DNA of 64,000 nt from Pseudobdellovibrionaceae bacterium (lineage in GTDB: Bacteria > Bdellovibrionota > Bdellovibrionia > Bdellovibrionales > Bdellovibrionaceae), in contig JAEUWH010000086.1 of assembly GCA_016785955.1 (NCBI GenBank), positions 13,561 through 77,560 of the forward strand. The letters run 5' to 3'. This document shows, piece by piece, positions 8,417 to 18,490 of the stretch. Numbering within the stretch: the stretch's first letter is position 1; the number at the start of each line of letters is the position of its first letter. Made by a program: the position numbers and the translations under genes. Under the pieces are notes generated by a model. It was given only the letters and a program-made list of their open reading frames with translations, was not told where the DNA came from and did not search any database.

Positions 8417-9406
8417 TTACTGGTTCTGTTCTGGATTCATTTTCTTTTCTTCTTCTACTGCTGGTACTTTACCAGGTACTTTGCTTTGTACTTTCTGTGG
8501 TACTGGTAATTTACCTGGTTTGGCAGCACTTGCCTTCTTCTTTTGCGATGCCAATTGATTTACAAAGTTATCGTAAACATTCATTGAATCATTAGAGGGG
8601 CCAAATGCTGTTTCAAGCTTTCTTTGTGGTTGTCCATTTGATTTAAATTCTTTCTGTTTGATAGAGATACGTAAAAATCCAATTTTCTTTTCCGAAGCGG
8701 GGTCGCCTTTGGTGTTCACAACACTTGTATTCCCATTAATGTCTACCGACGTGCTTTCTAAGCTGGCTTTTATTTTATTGGAAACCAGATCCAATCGTTC
8801 TTGAGCAATATTTAATGCGCTCTTTTCTTTGGCATCAGGCAGGGTTCCTGTAGTCACCACTGATTTCAATTCAACATTCGCATCCTCTAATCCAGTCGTA
8901 ATGCCTTTTATTTTGTCCATAACCTCGATAAAACGAGCGGCGGGAATAGCGCCACCTTTTTCAAATAGAATATTTTCTGGAATATCGAATTCAAAACCGG
9001 TCTGATCTATTTTCACATTCTGCGCATCTTCGGCCAAGGAATCCGCCAAAAATCCCACAACGACACTGGCCGAACCCATGTCTAACAAATTGGGAGTCTT
9101 ATCAATTGGTTCCATGAACGATTCAAACGCTTTCATTGGCTCATTGACTAGATCCAAAAATAATTTTTCTATTGTAATCGTCGCGCCGTAGTTTTTAAAA
9201 TTGTACTCAATAATGGACGGGGTAGAAAAGTAATCTGAAATGGCTTTCTTGGTTTCTTCGGACTGTCCCAAAAGCCACATGACCAGGAAGAACGCCATCA
9301 TCGCTGTCATGAAATCTGCGAGCGCCACTTTCCATGAACCACCATGGTGGCCGGCTCCGGCCACGATGACTTTCTTGATAACGATCATTGGTTTTTCTTT
9401 TGCCAT
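8417..9406 (-). CDS. motB: Flagellar motor stator protein MotB-like
   Basis: The N-terminus HHGGSWKVALADFMTAMMAFFLVMWLL is the MotB TM/plug signature. A divergent OmpA-like C-terminus is present (LFEKGGAIP...NIAQERLDLV). AAGGA RBS. Confidence 0.85.
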   Translation of the reverse strand: MAKEKPMIVIKKVIVAGAGHHGGSWKVALADFMTAMMAFFLVMWLLGQSEETKKAISDYFSTPSIIEYNFKNYGATITIEKLFLDLVNEPMKAFESFMEPIDKTPNLLDMGSASVVVGFLADSLAEDAQNVKIDQTGFEFDIPENILFEKGGAIPAARFIEVMDKIKGITTGLEDANVELKSVVTTGTLPDAKEKSALNIAQERLDLVSNKIKASLESTSVDINGNTSVVNTKGDPASEKKIGFLRISIKQKEFKSNGQPQRKLETAFGPSNDSMNVYDNFVNQLASQKKKASAAKPGKLPVPQKVQSKVPGKVPAVEEEKKMNPEQNQ

Positions 9407-9438
9407 GAAATCCTTCTACCCAACTACCTAGTCCGCTA

Positions 9439-10305
9439 TTAGGCTGCTTTCTTAATATCTTTTGTTGCTTTGTCCATTTCTTCGAATGTCGGTCTTTCCT
9501 CGGGCATGATTGAACGTCGAGCAAACTCCACACACACAAGTGGTGGCGCACCTCTTTGTAAACTGATCATAGCCGCTTTGATACAACCCAAATAACGACC
9601 TTCCGCTTCAATATCTGCTGCCATTTTACTGGCAACGGGACCAATCATACCGTACGCACCGAAAACCCCAAGCATCGTTCCTACCAGGGCGTTACCAATT
9701 AACCGACCGATGACTTCCGTCCCTTCCGTTAAATGTCCCATGGTCTTAACGATCCCCAAAACCGCCGCAACGATCCCCAGACCTGGAAAACCATCGGCCG
9801 CAGATTGAACCGCATGCTGAGCCATGTGTTCTTCGGCATGGATAGCTTTGATATCACCATCCAATAAATCGTCCACATCATAAGGGGACAACTCTGCGGA
9901 CAATGTAATCTTCATCGTGTCACACAAAAAATGTACAGCGTGATGATTTTTCATAAAATTGGGGTAAGCTTTGAAAATATCACTTTTCGAAGGGTCCTCG
10001 ATATGCTTCTCGATTCCTTGAGGTCCTTCTTTACGAAAAACTTGAAAAATTTGAAATAGTAACTGAAGTAATTCTAAATAGTCTTTTTTCTGAGGTCCTT
10101 TTGCGGTCATCGCGTGGATCGCAAGTTTAAAACCAGCTTTAATTGTCTTCATTGGGTTCGCAATGATATATGCACCCAGAGCGGCACCCCCGATGATCAT
10201 TAACTCTAACGGAGCGGCACTAATAATGACGCTTAAATGTCCACCGGCTAAAATGAAACCGCCGAACACCATGACGAAAACGACTATGACACCTACAAAT
10301 CCCAT
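9439..10305 (-). CDS. motA: Flagellar motor stator protein MotA
   Basis: 288 aa with a 4-TM MotA/TolQ/ExbB-type layout, GFPGLGIVAAVLGIV and GALVGTMLGV. It is adjacent to motB. GAGG RBS. Confidence 0.9.
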   Translation of the reverse strand: MGFVGVIVVFVMVFGGFILAGGHLSVIISAAPLELMIIGGAALGAYIIANPMKTIKAGFKLAIHAMTAKGPQKKDYLELLQLLFQIFQVFRKEGPQGIEKHIEDPSKSDIFKAYPNFMKNHHAVHFLCDTMKITLSAELSPYDVDDLLDGDIKAIHAEEHMAQHAVQSAADGFPGLGIVAAVLGIVKTMGHLTEGTEVIGRLIGNALVGTMLGVFGAYGMIGPVASKMAADIEAEGRYLGCIKAAMISLQRGAPPLVCVEFARRSIMPEERPTFEEMDKATKDIKKAA

Positions 10306-10430
10306 GCTTTACCTCAACGTTTTGATCGGTGGGTGCTGTAAAAAATTGAGACCAGCCTAGGAACTTTGATTTTTCCGGACCTTAGTCATATTAGGATCAA
10401 CATTTAATAAATCTACCGATAAGATAGGGA

Positions 10431-12230
10431 ATGTTTAAAAGTGGACTATTAACCTTATCACTATTTCTAGCTAGCCCTTCGTTCAGCTTCACAGATCAAC
10501 TCGGTAAATCCAAGGCGGCCGAACAAACGACCGATCCTTTGGAGGTACGTGTTTCTTCATCGCCCGAGATGATGATTCCTAAAAATGAATACACGTTGCA
10601 ACTAAGCCTACAGTTACCAAATACATTTCACGCCTATGAAGACCAATTCAAGATCGTTTTCTTAGAGCCCTCGGGATTGAATGTCAAAAGCATAGCCCTG
10701 ACGCCACTCAAAAGATGGTTTGATAAATTCTCTAAAAAGGAACGCTCGGGAGTTGGCGGGTCTTCAACAATGACATTGATTATAGAAACACCAGATCGCT
10801 TTGTGGATGAAAAAGACAAGCTTGTTTTTGAGTTTACATATCAAGCCTGCTCAGATACCTACTGTCTGTTTCCAAAAAGCAAAGACGTCACCGTACCAAT
10901 GAAATTCGAAAATATTTTGAATTCATCCCCACCATTTCTGACGGAAATGCCAAAAGGCAAGGCGCTTTTCACAACCGAAGGCTTTACCTATTTTCTAGGA
11001 CAAAGCTGGTGGCTAGCACTGATATTAGCATTTTTAGCTGGCATCATTACCAGTTTTACACCCTGTATTTTCCCAATGATTCCTATCACGCTCGCAATTT
11101 TGAACAATCATTCAGAGCAACGCACTCGATTGACCAATTTTTTAATCAGCGTCGTTTATGTTCTAGGAATCGCAACGACTTATTCAACTTTAGGTCTTGT
11201 CGCCGCAAAATCCGGTATGCTGTTTGGCTCGCTATTGTCTAATCCATATGTATTAACATTCATTTGCAGTTTGTTTTTTTTGATGGCGTTATCGATGTAC
11301 GGTGTGTTCGAATTACACATGCCAAATTTTATTACGCAACGGTTTGGCAAAGGCAGTAAACACAAAGGATACCTCGGAGCTTTTCTATCCGGCCTATTTG
11401 CCGGTATCGTGGCCAGTCCCTGCGTAGGCCCAGTGCTTGTTTCTATTTTGACTTTTGTATCTACTCGGCAAAGTGTTCTTTTTGGTTTTTTCTTGTTGTT
11501 TACTTATGCTTTGGGATTGGGGTTAATTTTTATCCTGCTCGGTTCATCTACGGAACTGACTAAAAAACTACCACGCTCGGGACCATGGTTAGAGACCACA
11601 AAATTTATTCTGGGCTCGTTAATGTTAGTAGGTTTCTTTTACTACTTTGACTTACTTGTCACTCCATTCATTTTCCAAGTCGTTCTTGGACTGATTCTTG
11701 TGGTCTTAGCGTCGCTGCAAGGAGCGTTTACCAAGCCCTCACAAAAGAAACTTGTACTGGTACGCAAAGGCTTCATGCAGGCCGTGCTGGTATTAGGCTT
11801 TACGCTGATTGTTTCTGGTGTGTATCGACAGTTTTTTAGCCCGAACCAACTGTCTTCATACCGAGACGTGCAATTCAACAAGAGTCAAATTTGGACCCCC
11901 TATTCCGACACCGCTCTTGCCCAAGCGCAGACGGACAAAAAACCGGTCATCATTGATTTCTTTGCTGAATGGTGCGAAGCCTGCCTACAACTCGAGGAAT
12001 TTGTATTTTCCACTCCCGAATTCAAAGACCAGACTCAAAATATGCGGCTATTAAAATTCGATGCTACTAAAAATTCTCCACAATTAGATAGCCTGCGAAA
12101 GAAATACGGAATTGTTGGTCTACCTTCAATTCTATTTATTGACTCAAATGGAAACTGGATCAAAGCTAAAACTTTGACGGAATTTGAAAAAAAAGAAGCA
12201 TTTTTTAAACGTATTGAAGATTTGAAATAG
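10431..12230 (+). CDS. dsbD: Thiol:disulfide interchange protein DsbD (DipZ)
   Basis: Signal peptide. An alpha domain with YQACSDTYCLFP. A CcdA-like core with FTPCIFPMIP and ASPCVGPVL. A C-terminal thioredoxin domain with FFAEWCEAC. Confidence 0.9.
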   Translation: MFKSGLLTLSLFLASPSFSFTDQLGKSKAAEQTTDPLEVRVSSSPEMMIPKNEYTLQLSLQLPNTFHAYEDQFKIVFLEPSGLNVKSIALTPLKRWFDKFSKKERSGVGGSSTMTLIIETPDRFVDEKDKLVFEFTYQACSDTYCLFPKSKDVTVPMKFENILNSSPPFLTEMPKGKALFTTEGFTYFLGQSWWLALILAFLAGIITSFTPCIFPMIPITLAILNNHSEQRTRLTNFLISVVYVLGIATTYSTLGLVAAKSGMLFGSLLSNPYVLTFICSLFFLMALSMYGVFELHMPNFITQRFGKGSKHKGYLGAFLSGLFAGIVASPCVGPVLVSILTFVSTRQSVLFGFFLLFTYALGLGLIFILLGSSTELTKKLPRSGPWLETTKFILGSLMLVGFFYYFDLLVTPFIFQVVLGLILVVLASLQGAFTKPSQKKLVLVRKGFMQAVLVLGFTLIVSGVYRQFFSPNQLSSYRDVQFNKSQIWTPYSDTALAQAQTDKKPVIIDFFAEWCEACLQLEEFVFSTPEFKDQTQNMRLLKFDATKNSPQLDSLRKKYGIVGLPSILFIDSNGNWIKAKTLTEFEKKEAFFKRIEDLK

Positions 12231-12305
12231 GTCATTCGGAGTTTGACTGATTTTATACCGAACGGAAAACAAAGTTTTCGTATGAGCTGCGGTTAAGCTT
12301 CTGCC

Positions 12306-13595
12306 TTAAGGCTGAAAGAATAATTTAATTTTCCCGCTGCTATTTTCGAGTTGCAAAAATGGGATCATATTCGTGGACTTGATCAATTCGGTATCTAACA
12401 CAAAATAGTCTGGAATAAATCGTACGTAGCGATAGAACCGGCTGACATCTTGAAACTCGGTACGCTGAGTTTTGATTCGCGACTGGGTGGTTTTATAGAA
12501 GTTAAGGCCACTATTATAGATTTCCGTTCCTGCAATCAAACCAATCGCGATAATTTGTCCAATAGCTTCACCACTTCCCGATATCTGCGAGGCCAAATAT
12601 ATACCTCCACCTACAATGCCGACGCCGACGGCTATTCCTGTCACGAGCACGACTCCCGTCGCCGCACTTGTCAAAAAATTCAACGATTGAAATTCTAGCT
12701 CGCTAACAAACATACGAGACATGTATTTTGAGCTTTGAATAGTTTCCTTAAAAGCTTCGTTACGCGCCAAGTTTTCGGTGTGCCATGATTTTGACGAGAA
12801 CACAAATTTTTTAGATTTCTCTAAATCAGGTACGTCAACATCTTTCGATGGCACTTCAGATTTGAATTCCAAGGCATGAAACCCAACACCTTGCAAGGCC
12901 GCTAATTTATCATCCGTAGTCGCCACCACTCCCGTACCTTTGAATAAAACTTCCCAGTTCAATGGTTTATTTTCGTATCGATTTGCGTCTACGAAACCTC
13001 CCATGGCTTGAGCTTTGCGAAGATCCACGATCGCATTCTCTTTCTCGCCACACAAACTCCACAGCACCGCTGATAAAATACGAACTCCGGCATTATCGTA
13101 AAAAGGTTTTCCGTTCATCCCGACTCGTGCAAACAGTTCGGATATACGTTTTGCTTCAACCCGGGCTTCATTCATTTTATTTTTCTTGATAAATGTCAGA
13201 CCCAACACAAAATGCATCCAAAAAATTTCGTGATTTCCGGGATAATAACCTTCATCCGTTTTGATAAATAGAAGCTGCGAAAGTTCGTTGGTGATGGATG
13301 TCATTTCGTTTTGCTCAATTTGACGAGACTCGCGTAGTAACTGAGTAAACTCAGCAGTGTCTTTGGAGTCTTTTGTGATGGTATTGGCATCATCGATTAG
13401 CTGTAAATATACCTTTTCTACCAAAGGAATAAAATGATTCGCCTCTTTTTTAGGAAAATGTTGCAAGGCCAATGCGGGACTTTCCATTTTTAAGGACGCA
13501 ACGGCCGGGATATATTCCTTTTTCTCGATAATTTGCCCGGTGGTGCAACCTACCAGAATCGAACCTATGACAAAAATTAAGCCAAAGGAAAACAT
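12306..13595 (-). CDS. Putative lipoprotein with a C-terminal glycine-zipper membrane segment
   Basis: Lipobox ILVGC. The C-terminal segment is GVVLVTGIAVGVGIVGGGIYLASQISGSGEAIGQIIAIGLIAG. No family recognised. Confidence 0.6.
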   Translation of the reverse strand: MFSFGLIFVIGSILVGCTTGQIIEKKEYIPAVASLKMESPALALQHFPKKEANHFIPLVEKVYLQLIDDANTITKDSKDTAEFTQLLRESRQIEQNEMTSITNELSQLLFIKTDEGYYPGNHEIFWMHFVLGLTFIKKNKMNEARVEAKRISELFARVGMNGKPFYDNAGVRILSAVLWSLCGEKENAIVDLRKAQAMGGFVDANRYENKPLNWEVLFKGTGVVATTDDKLAALQGVGFHALEFKSEVPSKDVDVPDLEKSKKFVFSSKSWHTENLARNEAFKETIQSSKYMSRMFVSELEFQSLNFLTSAATGVVLVTGIAVGVGIVGGGIYLASQISGSGEAIGQIIAIGLIAGTEIYNSGLNFYKTTQSRIKTQRTEFQDVSRFYRYVRFIPDYFVLDTELIKSTNMIPFLQLENSSGKIKLFFQP

Positions 13596-13598
13596 TTA

Positions 13599-14096
13599 CT
13601 ATAAGCGCTTTAGTCGTGCGATTTCAGCTTTGAGTTCTTTTAATGTGGTAACAGCTTCGACATAATCTTGCTCTTTCTGAAGCAGCAATTTTTGCATTTG
13701 ATTCAAGCGCACTTCGTAACCTTTCAAAAGATTATTGTGGCGATCAACAATATCTTGAACTTTTTGATCGTATTTTTTTTGCTCGTTCAACTTTTGCAGC
13801 AATAGAGCGAATTTATCGGCAATATCGGTTGCCATTTGATTCTGTTGATTTTCCAACCTTTGCAGCGATTGGTTATAACGATCGGTACGCAATTTTGAAT
13901 TTTTTTGAATTTCCAAAATTTCCATTTTTAAATCATTAATTTCGGGACCTTGATGAGGGGATGGAATCGCCGCTGTTTCAGCCACGACCTGTTCTTGAGC
14001 GAAATTCCAATTTGCAGGTGGCGTTTGACTAAACGCCGGCTTTTGAGCTGCGGCTGCATTCATATCAAAAAAATTGTAGTTTAATTCTTTTTTCAC
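13599..14096 (-). CDS. Coiled-coil protein, function unknown
   Basis: I prefer the GTG at 14096 because GGGAGG lies 4 nt upstream. The ORF-track TTG at 14114 and the ATG at 14063 are alternatives. Heptad-rich sequence. The stop lies 3 nt from the downstream lipoprotein start. Confidence 0.55.
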   Translation of the reverse strand: MKKELNYNFFDMNAAAAQKPAFSQTPPANWNFAQEQVVAETAAIPSPHQGPEINDLKMEILEIQKNSKLRTDRYNQSLQRLENQQNQMATDIADKFALLLQKLNEQKKYDQKVQDIVDRHNNLLKGYEVRLNQMQKLLLQKEQDYVEAVTTLKELKAEIARLKRL

Positions 14097-14226
14097 TCGG
14101 CCTCCCTCAACCAATTATTAACCCGCGCACAACCGATTAGTCACCTTTTTAATACATCGTTTTAACTACTAAGCATTGTAGAAGAATCTGCTAGACTAAT
14201 CACCAAAAAATTCTTATTTTATTTTT

Positions 14227-15210
14227 ATGTTGAAAGTTGCCTATTTGAACAAATTTTTGACCGAGATAAATCCACATACATCGCCAACGCGTTTGGCTTT
14301 GTACAACTACCTCAAAGCCTTTCACTCTCCTGAAGAGGAATTAACAAACGATTTAATCAACGAATTTTTCTACCAATGCCTTGAATACTCACACTGGTAT
14401 TCAAATCGCGGCCACTTTAGTCATGAATTACAAATCTTGTTGAAAAACTTTAACGACTTTTATCAAAATCATTTCGATCTTTCTCAGATTATATTTCCTG
14501 ATCAGATCCAGATCATCGAGGTTGAATCACCAAGATCTGTGGAAGAGGCATTGAGCCGATATATCAAAGCTCGCTATCTGAAAGAGGTAAAGTTTAAGCT
14601 GTTTACTGAACAAAAGAAGTGGGTCGCCTTTATTCTAAAAGATGGTAGTGGCATTGATGTTCTACAATTTGATCGTAAATTCACTATTCGCAATGGAAAT
14701 CTTGAGCCTTTGCGTACGCAATTGAAAATTTCGTTTGATTCATCAATGGAAATTGACTCTCAGTTTATCCATTCCATCGAAGTCAGCCCTCATCATCTGG
14801 TACGATTTACGATGAAAAATGGCCTGATTTCTGGCGTCCTTACCCGAGGATATATGTTCCAAAAATCTCAGGATATCCAAAATGCCAAACTTCATGATGT
14901 CCCAAAGCTGTTCTGGCCGGTTAAGCGTATCGAGCAGTTCTTTGTGTCGAGAGGCACCGATCCGTTCTATTGCGATATCGTAAAGAAACTAGAGGACATT
15001 ACCTTGGGCTTCTGGGAAAAAAATTCAGAATCTTGGCAAAACTATATTACTATTTTACTCTCTCAATCTGAATCCGCTCTGGAAAACGTGTATATAGGTG
15101 ACAAAAGGCTCGAAGACTTGATAAGAAAAGTCCGTCACTTACTAGTAACGGAAAAGAGCGAGCCATGGCAGCAGAGAAATCAAGCAAAACCCCTACAACG
15201 GGATCTATAA
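14227..15210 (+). CDS. Hypothetical cytoplasmic protein
   Basis: Long ORF with an ATG start and coding-like composition. No recognisable motif. Confidence 0.6.
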   Translation: MLKVAYLNKFLTEINPHTSPTRLALYNYLKAFHSPEEELTNDLINEFFYQCLEYSHWYSNRGHFSHELQILLKNFNDFYQNHFDLSQIIFPDQIQIIEVESPRSVEEALSRYIKARYLKEVKFKLFTEQKKWVAFILKDGSGIDVLQFDRKFTIRNGNLEPLRTQLKISFDSSMEIDSQFIHSIEVSPHHLVRFTMKNGLISGVLTRGYMFQKSQDIQNAKLHDVPKLFWPVKRIEQFFVSRGTDPFYCDIVKKLEDITLGFWEKNSESWQNYITILLSQSESALENVYIGDKRLEDLIRKVRHLLVTEKSEPWQQRNQAKPLQRDL

Positions 15211-16064
15211 GACTTAACAAATTTTTGGCAGACTCTGGGATCTGCTCGCGTCGGGCCGCTGATGGCGTTATCGCCGATGGCCGAGTTCTTGTAAATGGCA
15301 AAAAGGTGTTCGAGCTGGGGATCAAAGTTAATCCTCAGTCAGATCGTATCACGGTCGACGGCAAACCCATCAAACCGGCTCAGCAAAAAATCTATTTGAT
15401 GCTTCACAAGCCAAAGGGGGTTTTGACCACTCTTTCAGATGAAGCCGGCCGCCCAACAGTGGCGGACTACTTGGGAGATATTTCTCAGCGAGTGTTTCCA
15501 GTGGGTCGTTTGGATTGGGATTCGGAGGGCCTTTTACTGTTCACTAATGATGGCGATTTCGCCAACAAAGTCATGCAGCCAAAAAGTGACGTAACCAAAA
15601 CATATCTAGTCAAAGTAGATGGAAAACCAGAAGATAAGCACCTGACTCGTTTGAAAATGGGTGTATCTATTCCCGGTGGCCGCGTGCGTGCCGTTCATAT
15701 TGAAAAAATAAACCGCAAAGAAGGTTCAAAGCAATATAACTGGATAAAAATTGTGATCAACGAAGGTAAAAACCGTCAAATCCGTTACATGTTTGAAAAG
15801 ATTGGCTTCGACGTTCTAAAACTGCAACGTATTGCTATCGGTCAGTTGAAAATGGGCCATCTAGATCGTGGAGAAATAGAATATCTGGACGAAACCGATT
15901 TAAAACGTGTGTTCATTAAAGACCTACCTGCAGATGCTCGGCCGAAGTCACACACTCAAACCAAGGTAAAACGTCCGGCTCACGCAAAACGCACTTTCAA
16001 AGCAACCCATAAACAGAACCGCGAGTTCAACAAAGTATTCCAGAACCAAGACAACAAAGATTAA
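15165..16064 (+). CDS. rluB: Pseudouridine synthase, RsuA/RluB family
   Basis: S4 domain IRLNKFLADSGICSRRAADGVIADGRVLVNG. Catalytic motif GRLDWDSEGLLLFTNDG. GKNRQIRYMF. A basic C-terminal tail as in RluB. Confidence 0.9.
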   Translation: MAAEKSSKTPTTGSIRLNKFLADSGICSRRAADGVIADGRVLVNGKKVFELGIKVNPQSDRITVDGKPIKPAQQKIYLMLHKPKGVLTTLSDEAGRPTVADYLGDISQRVFPVGRLDWDSEGLLLFTNDGDFANKVMQPKSDVTKTYLVKVDGKPEDKHLTRLKMGVSIPGGRVRAVHIEKINRKEGSKQYNWIKIVINEGKNRQIRYMFEKIGFDVLKLQRIAIGQLKMGHLDRGEIEYLDETDLKRVFIKDLPADARPKSHTQTKVKRPAHAKRTFKATHKQNREFNKVFQNQDNKD

Positions 16065-16283
16065 ATACCGCAAACTTTTGCTTATAGATTCGCAAATAGA
16101 GAATGTGCTTTATAAGCACAAGACCTCGTCGCTTACGAACGTCCAGAAAAACGGATTCTCTGCTGGCACACAGTTCTTGTTATGACCAACCATTGAGTGT
16201 CCTTACCAGCCAAATTGTCATTGCCCAACAAATCTAGCCCAAAGCTGTGTGAAGTCTCATTTTTAGACTCCGATACAGTAGGT

Positions 16284-16658
16284 ATGAAATGGATTTTATT
16301 CTTTGTCATGTTAACGATGCAATCGCTAGCAATGGCCGATGAAATTTCAATTTTTGAAGTGCGCCGAAATATTCCGCTGTCGGATACGGATCCTATTTAC
16401 AAAGATTTCTACATCAAAGGCGACAACGGAAAGTTGAAGAAAAATCAAACCTACACGGTCACTCGGAAAGTAACTATGCAAGATGCTTCTGGCTCTCAAG
16501 TGATGGGCGAGGTTCAGGCCCCGGTGGGACAGCTCAAAATTATTGCCGTCTATGGCAAAATTGCTGTTGCTCGAGAAGTAAAACTATTTTCACGCGAAGA
16601 TCTTCCTATGCTGGACAATCCCTGGTTTATGATTGGGGACTCGCTCGAATCCAATTAG
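16284..16658 (+). CDS. Small secreted protein, function unknown
   Basis: The ATG at 16284 gives the signal peptide MKWILFFVMLTMQSLAMA. The ORF-track start at 16197 is a GTG with no signal peptide. Confidence 0.55.
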   Translation: MKWILFFVMLTMQSLAMADEISIFEVRRNIPLSDTDPIYKDFYIKGDNGKLKKNQTYTVTRKVTMQDASGSQVMGEVQAPVGQLKIIAVYGKIAVAREVKLFSREDLPMLDNPWFMIGDSLESN

Positions 16659-16724
16659 AATGACTCTAAAAAATCAATATTGCTTTTAGGCACCGCCCCT
16701 TCGGTCTTTGCGTAACCCTGGGTA

Positions 16725-16738
16725 TGTCATTACCAACC
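16725..16738 (-). repeat. Copy of the GGTTGGTAATGACA motif (reads TGTCATTACCAACC on the + strand)
   Basis: Read directly. It is intergenic, about 90 bp upstream of prmA. Confidence 0.8.
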
Positions 16739-16827
16739 CTGTAAACTCTCCCCAACTGAATTGTCCCACAGCTGCCAGGAAAAACGCTTTTGACGACCTT
16801 TTAAGAACCTGCTAGTTCTGGCGACCT

Positions 16828-17727
16828 ATGATATCCCAAACAACTTATTTTCGAATTAAAATTAAAAATCTAAGTTCCGAAACTGAAGCGACGGTCACGC
16901 AACATTGCTTTGCTTGTGGCGCCTTAGGAGTGTCAGAAGCCTTGAATTTCGTGCAGCCGAATTTGGTTTACGATCCAAAAGTTTTGTACGCAAAAAATTT
17001 CGCCTATGATGTCTATTTCAGTGAACGCCCTGATGGGCATTTTTTCGATGCACTTACTGAAATCGCACCTCAAATTTCATGGGAAATTTCAGAAGAGGAA
17101 TCGAAAGATTGGCTTGAAGAATGGAAAAAAGGATTTAAGGCATTCAAACTAATCGACAAATATTGGGTTGTCCCAAGCTGGGAACCCGTGCCTCCAGAAT
17201 GCCCAACTCCCATCTTCATCGATCCAGGAATGGCGTTTGGCACCGGAACTCATGCAACGACACAAATGGCTTCATACCTAATTGTTAAGTATGCAAAACA
17301 ACAGCAAGAACTTTCCAAACAAACAATGTTAGATATCGGCACCGGCACCGGAATTCTAGGGATTTTAGCCCGCCATCAAGGATTTTCAAGTATCTTAGGC
17401 CTCGAAGTCGATCCCGAAGCCATTCGTGTTGCTGGCGAAAATATTTCCAAAAACAATACAACAAACTTTGAAATCTCGGGAACGCCCGTTGACGAAATTC
17501 GCGAATCGTATGATCTGGTGGTAGCCAATATTATTGATGGGGTACTTTTAAAAATAAAATCAAGCCTAGTAAAATGTATGAAGGCTCAAGGAGCGATGAT
17601 TTTAACTGGTATTTTAAAAGAGCACGAATCCGAGTTTTTAACCGATTTCATTGAAGACAAAAATTTGAAAATCGAAATGCGTCTTGAAAAAGACGACTGG
17701 ATTGGATACTGGGTTACGCATGCGTAG
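16828..17727 (+). CDS. prmA: Ribosomal protein L11 methyltransferase
   Basis: IDPGMAFGTGTHATTQM and the SAM motif MLDIGTGTGILGI. The end of the gene overlaps rsmE. Confidence 0.9.
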   Translation: MISQTTYFRIKIKNLSSETEATVTQHCFACGALGVSEALNFVQPNLVYDPKVLYAKNFAYDVYFSERPDGHFFDALTEIAPQISWEISEEESKDWLEEWKKGFKAFKLIDKYWVVPSWEPVPPECPTPIFIDPGMAFGTGTHATTQMASYLIVKYAKQQQELSKQTMLDIGTGTGILGILARHQGFSSILGLEVDPEAIRVAGENISKNNTTNFEISGTPVDEIRESYDLVVANIIDGVLLKIKSSLVKCMKAQGAMILTGILKEHESEFLTDFIEDKNLKIEMRLEKDDWIGYWVTHA

Positions 17728-18490
17728 ATATTGGCATGATGTTCAACTCAAAATTGCTGAGCAGCTGACGATCGACAAAGATTTATTTCATCATATTTTT
17801 GATGTCTGTCGGGTCGAAAAAAATCAACATTTTGAGTTATTAAACTCTTCAGGTCAGGGTTTCTTAGTGCATGTCGACACTATCGAAAAAAAACGAGCCA
17901 CTGTGACAGTGATCGAAATTCGTAAAATTCCTGAACTCAAAAAACCTCATATTCATTTGTTTATTTCGATGCCTAAATTTTCGACCCTAGAAGCCGTCAT
18001 CGAAAAATCAGTGGAATTAGGTGTGCATTCAATTCATCCGTTTTATTCTGATTATTCTTTTGTAAAAAGCATGACGGAAAAAGATTGGTTACATAAACAC
18101 GAACGTTGGCAAAAAATTATCATTTCCGCCACCCAACAATCTGGCCGTGGGGAACTGATGCGTTTGGAAAAACCGTTCGCATGGAAAGATTTTGTTAAAC
18201 ATTTTAACCAGTTTGAAATTTCAAAGTGTCTGTTCTTTTATGAAGGGGACTCAGCCCTGAATGCCAAGCAAGCAATTAGCCAATTTAAGGAGTATGGAAA
18301 AACCAATCCGATCTCGTCCATAGGTTTAGTAATTGGCAGTGAGGGCGGTTTTTCCACCAACGAAATCAATAGCTTATCTGATCTTGGCTTAAGTCCTGTC
18401 ACTTTAGGATCTCAAGTTTTAAGGGTTGAAACGGCTTGCCTTAGTGGTTTGTCCATCCTAAAGTATGAATTTGATTTGATGGAGGCCTAA
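17720..18490 (+). CDS. rsmE: 16S rRNA (uracil1498-N3)-methyltransferase RsmE
   Basis: The start MRRYW is typical of RsmE. It also has SATQQSGRG, IGSEGGFS and LGSQVLRVETA. The upstream part of the ORF-track model overlaps prmA, so I use the ATG at 17720. Confidence 0.85.
   Translation: MRRYWHDVQLKIAEQLTIDKDLFHHIFDVCRVEKNQHFELLNSSGQGFLVHVDTIEKKRATVTVIEIRKIPELKKPHIHLFISMPKFSTLEAVIEKSVELGVHSIHPFYSDYSFVKSMTEKDWLHKHERWQKIIISATQQSGRGELMRLEKPFAWKDFVKHFNQFEISKCLFFYEGDSALNAKQAISQFKEYGKTNPISSIGLVIGSEGGFSTNEINSLSDLGLSPVTLGSQVLRVETACLSGLSILKYEFDLMEA

Noticed and set aside
8417-9406. MotB apparently lacking a peptidoglycan-binding domain.
   Set aside because: On closer reading a divergent OmpA-like segment is present (LFEKGGAIP ... 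VELKSVV ... NIAQERLDLV), so the architecture is ordinary.
9207-9551. A 114-aa ORF spanning the motA-motB junction, and a 63-aa plus-strand ORF at 9240..9431.
   Set aside because: They overlap two confidently identified genes in other frames and have Arg/His/Trp-rich shadow-ORF composition.
16162-16180. A sigma-54-like TGGCAC element upstream of gene 16284..16658.
   Set aside because: The downstream element is TCTTG/TTGT at the wrong spacing. GG-N10-GC is not satisfied.
16714-16741. 7-bp direct repeats AACCCTG flanking GGTATGTCATTACC, read as a target-site duplication of a miniature insertion.
   Set aside because: A 14-bp insert is too small for any known element, and the second repeat is part of the conserved motif itself (ACCAACC).
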